Shown: one piece after another, positions 55,666 to 64,000 of the stretch | Numbering within the stretch: position 1 is the stretch's first letter | How the letters are laid out: each line of letters opens with the position of its first letter | Assembly: GCF_030028105.1 (NCBI RefSeq) | Contig: NC_092384.1 | Location: forward strand, 42,911,553-42,975,552 | Source of the DNA: Mobula birostris | Lineage: Eukaryota | Direction: 5' to 3' | DNA length: 64,000 bases | Program-made: the position numbers and the translations under genes | The notes under the pieces: model-generated | Told to the model about the DNA's origin: nothing | The model's input: the letters and a program-made list of their open reading frames with translations, nothing else | The model's database searches: none

Positions 55666-58600
55666 CTGGGTTTGTATGCAGATTTGGCTCGTTAGCTGGC
55701 TCCGTTAACAGCCACGTGCCTCAGCGGTGTGAAGGCTACCTTCCACAAACAATATACTTCTGGGATTGCTATGATCTGGGGCACAACCAAACAGGAACAT
55801 TGTGATTTTCCAATTAAAGAAACCTCAATTTGAGCGAATGCCCATACACAATTATCAGTCAGCAAGAAATAACAGCATATACACCACATATATTTATTTA
55901 AAAAGTTTATTTACTAATTTCAGCTTTATCAAACAGTTATTAAAAGAAAGAAAATTTAAAAAGGGAAAAAGGGCCCATTACAGATAAAAATAGTTTAAAT
56001 GTGCACTAAATGTTGGAGCTCGTATTTTCCAAAAGCTGAGTATCACCATTACTCCCTGCATGCTTTGCGAGACGAAGCAATCAATGACGGAAAATTCTAC
56101 CTGTGATTGGTGATGATAATTCAGTGCTGTGAGTAATGGTGATACAGTATTCAAATGAATTTTGTGATTTCAAAACCCTCAGCCCATTTGTAAATGGCAG
56201 TAACATATCTCACACCTTCTCCCAAATCCACCATCCTGACTGGCTCACACAATATTCCTAAATTGAACATCGTAACCCCTTATCTTTAGCCGAAACCAAA
56301 ATATTCCACCAGCAGGATACACTGCTTTTACAGAAACCTTTTAAATGAAACACTCCACAGCACTAGTAGTAGAAATCTTAGCCAGGGCACTACCCCCTCC
56401 CCCCACTAACAAAAATAGTCATGTCCTCATGACTTTGAAAGTTATCAAACCATTATTAGTAACACAGTATTCAAATCAATTTCATGATTTCAAAACCCTC
56501 AGCCTATTTGTGAATGGCAGTAACATATCTCACTATGGGGATAGACACAACACTCTGTTTCTCTGGTGTGTCATATGCTAGCCTATCTGGGGGTTTCCTG
56601 ACTCTCTGGGTTCCTCTTATCTCAACCTTCAGCTTCAGGCTGTCCTTGTGACCTTTTCTGTCTACTTGGGGATGCCCCTCCCTGTCCATTACTCATGTCT
56701 TCCAGCTACTCCGATCCCCCTGTCACCTGACTGGGCTCAGCATCATCCCCAATTACATTGGAGCCCAGCTTCCCTTCACTGTCTGGCATTGCATCTCCCT
56801 GTCCACTACTAGTGCACCCTGCTACATCTGAGTCACTGTTGGGAGATTCAGGTATCTCTTCATCAACTCTTGAGGAGTTTGCATAAGGTAATGTATACCA
56901 CAACCCCAGTTCCTCATCCGCTGAGTCCGTACAGCATTCAGTGGTTCAGTCCGTTTCAGGTCTTTGCACTGATTGCTTTTTTATTCTCCTCCTCCTTTGC
57001 AGAGTTCTCCTCCTAGGTGTAGGATCCATGTCAGGATCTGGGTCAATACTTGCCTCCTGCCCTAGAGGAAAATGGTGATTCCGATGGAGAATCTTGACAG
57101 GGCCATTTCCATATTCTAGCTTCACCTGAAAAACTGGCATGTTTAGCACCTGGCTCTCCATTATATAAGGCGTAGACACCCAGCGGTCAGCCAACTTCTG
57201 CTTCGCTGGTAGCCCCAAGTTTCTTATTAAAGCTCTGTCTCCAGGCATCAGTTCAGATAACCTAAACTTTTGATCATATCTCCTTTTGTTTCTTTGATTC
57301 TGCTTGGTAGCAGAAACTGCTGCTAGCTCATAAGCCTTTTGCAATTCTTTCCTCCTGTCAGACACATACTCGAGACACATCTTCTGTGGCAAGTCTTCAC
57401 TTCTAGCCCCAAAACAGAGAACTACAAACAATCTTGCTTCACACCCGAATAACAAACAGTATGGCAAATATTTAGTAGCTTCCTTCTGTATACAGTTGTA
57501 GCAGTGAAGAAAAAAGCCCAATATGCTGAGTCCATTTGTTCTTTTTTGTTGATATCAAGGGTTCCAAGCACGTCTAACAATGTCCGGTTGAACCTTTTAG
57601 GCTAGGGATTACCCAAAGGGTGACAGGGTGTAGTCCTCAACTTCTTGACTCCAAGCATGCTCAGTAGCTCATGTTTGACCCAACTCTCACAAGCCCTTCT
57701 CTGGTCACTGTGTATTCCTCTTGGGAGGCCATAATGAACAAAGTACTTCTCCCATAACACTTTGACAACTGTAGATGTCCTCTGAACCTTTGTGGGGAAG
57801 GTTCGAGCATATCTAGTGTAGTGATCAGTGATGACCAAGATATTCGCAGTGTTGCTGGAATCAGGTTCTATGGAAAGGAAATCCATGCACACTAAATCAA
57901 GTGGTCCTGCACTAGATAAGATAATCGAGCAACACTCGTAGGCTGTGTCTTCCTCCAAATACATCAGATGCGCAACTTACAGTACTCTTCAACCTCAGGC
58001 TTTATTCAGAGCCAATAGAACCAATCTCGGATCAATCTATAGGTCTCAGATCAAACCTCAAATGACCTGAATCGTCATGAAGTGACTTCAACTCAATCCT
58101 CCAATGTTTCTCATGCAAGACCAACTGGGAATACCGCGGTCTGTCAAGAGGAGATGAGGCCTGTATACAACTTGGTTCCTCAACTCCTGTTTGTCCCATT
58201 CTCTCATCAGTAGGGGTATGGAAGGCTGTTTCATCTTTTCAGCTTGGGCTATCCCTGCTCCTGCAACAGATGACCAAATGGCACCTATACAAGTATCGTT
58301 TCACTGGGCTGCTGTCACTTCTGCAGGGCTCAAGGTGGGCAACTGCTTTGCATCCAAAGTGGTCAAGTCGCAATAAGCTTGTGGAGTGGCATAACCAGAA
58401 GCTCCCAAATGATCCACAGCTCTATCGTGCCCGAGCCTTGCCGCTGATTTCCCCACTGTCGAAAACTGGCACATTGCTTTAACACCAGAGGCAAGAACAC
58501 TCCCACGCTCCATCCATTTCCAGCAACTCATACGAACATCGGGACAACACATCTACATCAATGTTCTGGCTCTCCGGCTGATATTTCAGGCTGAAATCAT

Positions 58601-60989
58601 AAGCAGACAATGCCATCAACCAATGATGACCTATGGCCTTCAACTTCGCCACGGTCAGGATATAAGTCAATGAATTGTTGTCCGTCTTCACTTCGAACTT
58701 GGCACCATATAGTTAATCACCACCACAGCCCACTTCAATGCCAGAAACTCCAGTTTGTGCATAGGGTAGTTTCATTCGGGGGGTGACAGACTCCTGCTGA
58801 CAAATGCAACAGGTCTCAACCCTTTGCCCTAGTCTTGATATCGAACACCCCCTAAACCCTCATGGCTGGTGTCGGTATGTAGTACGTACAGCAACTAGGG
58901 GTTTGCAAAGGCTGACGCAGGTGCCTTAGTCAGCAACTCTTTCAGTATCAGAAAGGCCTCTTCACATTTTGCATCCCATCTTTCCCTGAAAGGCTTCTAA
59001 GGGCTAAGATGAACTTTATCTTCTTCTCCATTCATTCTCACTTTCTTCCCCAAGGCAGGGTATCCAGACAGAAGCTGATTCAAAGGTGGCTTACTTTGGA
59101 GTAGTCCTTCACAACTCTCCAGTAGTACCCACAGAATCCAAGGAATGAGCATAGAATGCTCACATTTTTGGGCCTTGTCCATGTGGTCACCACATCTATC
59201 TTTGACGGATCTGTAGCTACGCCATACTCTGAGACTACATGTCTGACATAGTAGATGGATGCCTTACAGAACTGGCACTTGTACAGTGACAGTTTTAACA
59301 TTTCAGCTTTCAAGTGGTTTAGCACCTTCAGTAACCTCGTCTCATGCTCCTCCAGTATGGACCCGAACACTATGAGATCATCCAAGTACACCAGTACCTC
59401 AAGCAAGCCCATGTCCCTAACCATCTTCTCCATGACATGTTAGAAAGTAGTCTATGCTCCTGATATGCTCTGGGGCATTCTTTCAAACCAAAAGAATCCA
59501 AATGAACATATAAATGCCGTCTTCTCTTTATTGCCTTCATTCATGTGTATCTGATGATACTCATTCCTGAGGTCCAGCACACTGAACCACTTCACTCCAC
59601 TCAGGCAGGCCAATACATTCTTGATCTGAGGAACAGTATATTGGTTAGGGACCGTACGTGGATTCAGTGTCCGATACTCAACACACCTTTGCACCTTCCC
59701 ATTCTTCTTCCTCATCACCACTATGGGTGACGCATAGGGACTTCTTGACTCAGTGTGAATTCCATTTTCCTTCAGTTTCAGCAGATGCTGCCAAACATCT
59801 TCCACCTCCACTGGTGCTAATCATCAAGACCTTTCTCTGAAAGGGGTGTCCTCTGTCACTCAGATGGTGTGACAAATACGCTTGGAGTAAACCACATCAA
59901 ACTCATCAGTGGAAAAGACATCTTCAAACCCAACATCTTCTCCATTAGTCTCCTTTTCCGTCCCTCAGATACCGGGGAGTTACCAAAGTTGAATGACTTG
60001 GCTTTTAAACTTTTTTGATACAGGAGATTGTCTCTCTCCCAGTTTTCTCACTGGAAAACTGGATATTACGGTCATGGGAAAAGATGGGCCACTGGCATCC
60101 CATGTCTGACGGTGACCTCTCTCCCCAAGGTGTTCCTGACAATCACTGTCATCCTGTTTACATGTACAGCCGATGGTTTCTGCAGCTCAGGTCTCACCAG
60201 TACCCCAGCAAGTAAGCGTGACTCTTCTTCGTGATCCTCCGGATCCACCAAGAAGACCTCGTCATCGAGCGTTCTGGGGAATTTGGGGTTTCCCGTCACT
60301 CTAGCTAATTCCCCAGGACATAACACGTCAGCTTTGGTCTGAATGTACCACACAGTTCCTTATTTATGCTCTTCATCCTGCTTAGAAGGAACTTGCCCCT
60401 TGTCAAAAACAGCTCTGAACTCCTGGTGAGTGGACAAGGTTTTCAAAAAATTCTCTCCGTTTCTCTCCTTGCAGGCTCCCCTGAGCCTTCTCACAATGAT
60501 TCCCACAATAATGGAAGCTTCAAGGTTTTCAGTTGGATCTGGACAGACCAACCCTAGATTATCAAGGGCCTCAGCTACTCCTACATCTGCTTCCGAAAGC
60601 TCCAGCTGCAATGACAAGTAACTATTCATATAGGTAATCATCAGTAGTAAGGCCCCAGATTTGTAGGGCACTGAGTGGCATCAATGGTAAATGCGTCAAA
60701 TATCAGCCGTAAAATGATCAGTAGAGTAGAGTAACCTAAGAACCTGTGTCAATTATGGCTCTAGCATAAACAGCCTCAATCCATATGGATACAGTCAAGC
60801 TTGGTCCCACTAAGCTTTCAGGGAAAGGCTTTTGCACTTTAGTGTTTTCCTTGATACATTAACTGGAATATGATTTCTCCGAGATGTCAAACCATTCCCT
60901 TTTACTGACTCTCTCCAAAGTTTCCCAAATTCCTTTTCTATTTAAATAACAGTTGGGTTACTTTCTGAAGGTTTTCCTGTCCTTCACAC

Positions 60990-61397
60990 CAGGGGTGGCG
61001 CTAAGGTGGTGCTAGCTGGTGCTATAGCCCCAGCAGAAATTACAATAGCACCACCGTAGCACCACCAAGAATTAACTGATATTTCACATACAAATTGCAG
61101 CTGCTTTGCTTTCTCTGTATAGTTTTGAATACAGCTTGTTTCTGCAGTTGATCTAGTGAAACAGCGCCCCCAATTACCATAGCACTCACGCAGCAATAAA
61201 GTTATAAACTGTCAGATCCACTCTACACTTCTGCTTATTCGTTCATTGTCAATGTCTTGCCATTGCTGTCCTCAGATCAGTTAAGCTGATCTAAGATCAC
61301 TTAAGGTGGTGATGTCAGAGAGATTGATAGATTGAGAGACGTGAGAGATTGATAGTATACAGCCGCAGATCGATGGTCTCATGAGACTAACGGATGC

Positions 61398-61451
<54 letters not shown>

Positions 61452-62364
61452 CACATTGTGCTTTTACAAGCTAGCGTGGGCCTGGCACATGCATTATTTT
61501 GGTCGGCGTGAAAAATGGATCGATTTTTAGTGGGAAAACGACCTCATCCAGAGGAATCAGTGGTGTCTCAGCCTTGCACTTGACATCCAGAAAATCATTG
61601 AAGCTTTCACCACCAATCACAACAACAGACGGATTGTGCTTCTCTGAAAATATCAATGGTGAGTGCAGATGATTTTTTAAAAATTTGGTCCAAGACTAAC
61701 GCTGATTATTATTATTATTATTTTGTGGTGGATACCCCATAGTCCTTATGTTTCCTGCAAATCCCAAAATATTACATATACTGCTATTAAGCCTACTGGT
61801 TTTCCTTAGGCTTCCAAGTGGTGATTCTGTTGATTTTTGTTTTAAATTCAGTAGCCAAATTAATTGAGGTATTGCATGGTCAGAGTACGACTTGTCCAAC
61901 TCCTGGTAAAGCCTTGCATCTGTTGTTTGCCTTATTTGATTTTAATAACAGTGTATCTTTTGGCATTGTCTGTCTATGTAATGCAAATAGCAGTGGGCAT
62001 TGTGGGGTAGTGTTGTGTTTTTCAGTTGAAAAGCACGAATTTGACGCTGATTGCGGGATTGGTGCGTGATTCTCGTTGTGCGCTGTGGGTCAGATGCTCT
62101 GTTGGTTTGTTTGTTTATGCTCTGTGTAGTCCGGGTTGTCTCCGATGCTGTTGACACTGTCACAGTTCACTTCTATATTATATTTATCATTTGCTGTTGC
62201 TTGTGAATCAACAGACACATTTATAGTAGGCACAGAATGCTTGAAACTGACTTTTGAACGCCACGCGTCTGGCCTTGCGAATACAGTACATCCCTCAGCA
62301 CCATCACTGAATAATTCAGCCCCACTGTAGCACCAGAAAGAAAAAATCTCTGGCGCCGTCACTG
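60990..62364. mobile_element. Non-autonomous hAT-like DNA transposon inserted in Gypsy gag
   Basis: 8-bp TSD CTTCACAC (60982-60989) / TTTCACAC (62365-62372). Imperfect TIRs CAGGGGTGGCGCTA / CAGTGACGGCGCCA. Subterminal TAGCACC/GGTGCTA repeats. Confidence 0.75.
61400..61455. repeat. (CA)n microsatellite
   Basis: Direct reading. Confidence 0.95.
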
Positions 62365-62879
62365 TTTCACACTCCCACTTGAAAAGTCCTTCCTCACCAC
62401 AGTTGTAATAAAATATTAGTCACTTCCCTTGTCAGAAGCAGCCCTCTGTTTAATACGTCTTACCAGTGGGTCCGGTTTCCTATTGGGCTTGTTTCATTTG
62501 GTGGTAGCACTAACCGACATCAACAAAAATACTCGGCTTGCAGAATTTTCACTACATTATCAGAGGGCTCTTCAGCAACAGAGGCTACTGCTGAGGACTT
62601 GACTCTGCTGATGGTAGACTCCCACTCCTCCATTGTATTTTCCTCCTGTCTTACTTCTCTGATCAGCTCAACAAATGAGGGAGGGGGATACGTCTAATGA
62701 GACATTCAAATGCTTAAAGCAATCTTGTTGCATGACAGCATGCCCTTCACAAATTTTTCCATCCCTAATCGATTTATCTCAGCCCAAAGAATGGTCCCTT
62801 TACAACAGAAGCAATGCAGCTGTCATTGTAGCCTGAAAATTTAGTCTAGTATTTTCTCCCCTTTCTCCTAGAATGTGTG

Positions 62880-63720
62880 CCTGAACCTCATCATAAGGTT
62901 CTGAGGAAGAAGCTGGAGAGATTGCGGAGGCTTTAACGATGATCTTTCAAGAATCGATAGATCCTGGCATTGTACTAGATGACTGGGAAATTGCACATGT
63001 TACTCCGCTATTTAAGAAGGGTGGGAGGCAGCAGAAAGGAAACTATAGATCTGTTAGCCTGACATCAGTGGTTGGGAAGTTGTTGGAATTGATTGTTAGG
63101 GATGAGATTATGGAGAACCTGGAGGCATATGACAAGATAGGCCAAAGCCAGCATGGTTTCCTGAAAGGAAAATCCTGTCTGACTAACCTACTCAATTCTT
63201 TGAGGAAATGACAAGCAGGATAGACAAAGGAGATGTAGTAGATGTGGTGTACTTGGATTTTCAGAAGGCCTTTGACAGGGTGCCGCACATGAGGCTGCTG
63301 AGCAAGATAAGATACTATGGAATTACAGGGAAGTTACTAGCATGGGTGGAGCATTGGCTAGTCAGCAGAAAACAGAGAGTGGGAGTAAAGGGACCCTATT
63401 CTGTCTGGCTGCCGGTTCCCACTGTAGTTCCACAGGGGTTGGTGTTGGGACCGTTGTTTTTTACGATGTATGTCAATGATTTGGACTATGGGGTTAATGG
63501 ACTTCTGGCAAAATTTGTTGCCATGAGCGGCTGTAGATGCCAAGTCATTGGCAAAGATAGATGGTTCTTGATTAGCCAGGGCATCAAAGAGTATGGGGAG
63601 AAGGCAGGGGAATGGGGATGACTGGAGGAATTAGATCAGCCCATGATTGAATGGTGGAGCAGACTCGATGTGCTGAATGGCCTACTTCTGCTCCTATATC
63701 TTATACTCTTATGGCCTTAT
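62880..63720 (+). mobile_element. CR1 LINE nested in Gypsy gag
   Basis: ORFs 62939-63621 ([13 protein letters not shown]). tcttatgg tail near 63700. Another CR1 tail starts at about 63945. Confidence 0.88.
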
Positions 63721-64000
63721 AGGTTCCATTGGGCTGTCCATCGAACGAAAAACTTTTTCTAATGCTTGCATGTGGCCCATGGACGTGACTGATGGGTTCT
63801 CTGCCTTTAAGGACCTCGACGCCTCAGCAGCTCGACATTTTAGACTCTCTACCAGTTGCTGTCCTTTCATATTATCTGAGCGCTGCCACTCATCCAGTAA
63901 TTGAGATGTCTGCTCCACCCAAGTCTCTTCCCCATCCGGGATGATCATAAGACCATAAGACAAAGGAGCAGAAGTTGGCCATTCAGCCCATCGAGTTGAT

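Larger units (their letters stand above)
55670..63945 (-). mobile_element. Degraded Gypsy/Ty3 LTR retrotransposon (PNMA-like gag, RT, RNase H, integrase, putative 3' LTR)
   Basis: Gag fragments 63709-63945 (PDGEE..W.EQ..LVESL) and about 62373-62870 ending in a decayed CCHC knuckle (YNCGEEGLFKWECE). RT SPYASPIVV, VYLDDLIVF. RNase H TDNNSLTY. Integrase LDLVCMDF, IHSDQ. PPT-like tract at 56390-56405 followed by TG on the minus strand. Confidence 0.88.

Noticed and set aside
62373-63963. PNMA-like gag as a domesticated host gene
   Set aside because: Contains stops and insertions, and is collinear with decayed Gypsy pol.
1-64000. CRISPR arrays, rRNA/tRNA genes, V(D)J recombination signal sequences, prokaryotic or viral systems
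   Set aside because: None seen. tRNA-like sequence occurs only as SINE heads, and the V exon is complete with no flanking RSS.

Overview
Vertebrate genomic DNA, most likely from a cartilaginous fish. This is inferred from the repeat complement (dense CR1 LINEs, HE1-type V-SINEs, Penelope-like fragments) and was not confirmed by any search. Most of the window is transposon-derived, and most ORF-track entries are LINE/Gypsy fragments or spurious. Bases 2.4-38 kb carry 13 plus-strand exons with canonical GT-AG sites. By manual splicing these join into one uninterrupted 3948-nt frame (1315 aa + stop): leader - IgV - IgC1 - transmembrane helix - degenerate IgC1 - CARD - NACHT - LRRs. If one transcript, this is a type I membrane receptor with a B7/B7-H6-like ectodomain and a complete NOD1-like NLR as its cytoplasmic tail. 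The leader, TM and most LRR exons are too short for the ORF track and were found by reading splice sites. The link between the Ig/TM part and the NLR is inferred from phase compatibility and needs cDNA proof. Bases 38-64 kb contain no supportable host gene. They hold Tc1 derivatives, a transposase fragment, a 5'-inverted L1, and a Gypsy element carrying nested hAT and CR1 insertions. Repeat boundaries are approximate unless TSDs or TIRs are quoted.
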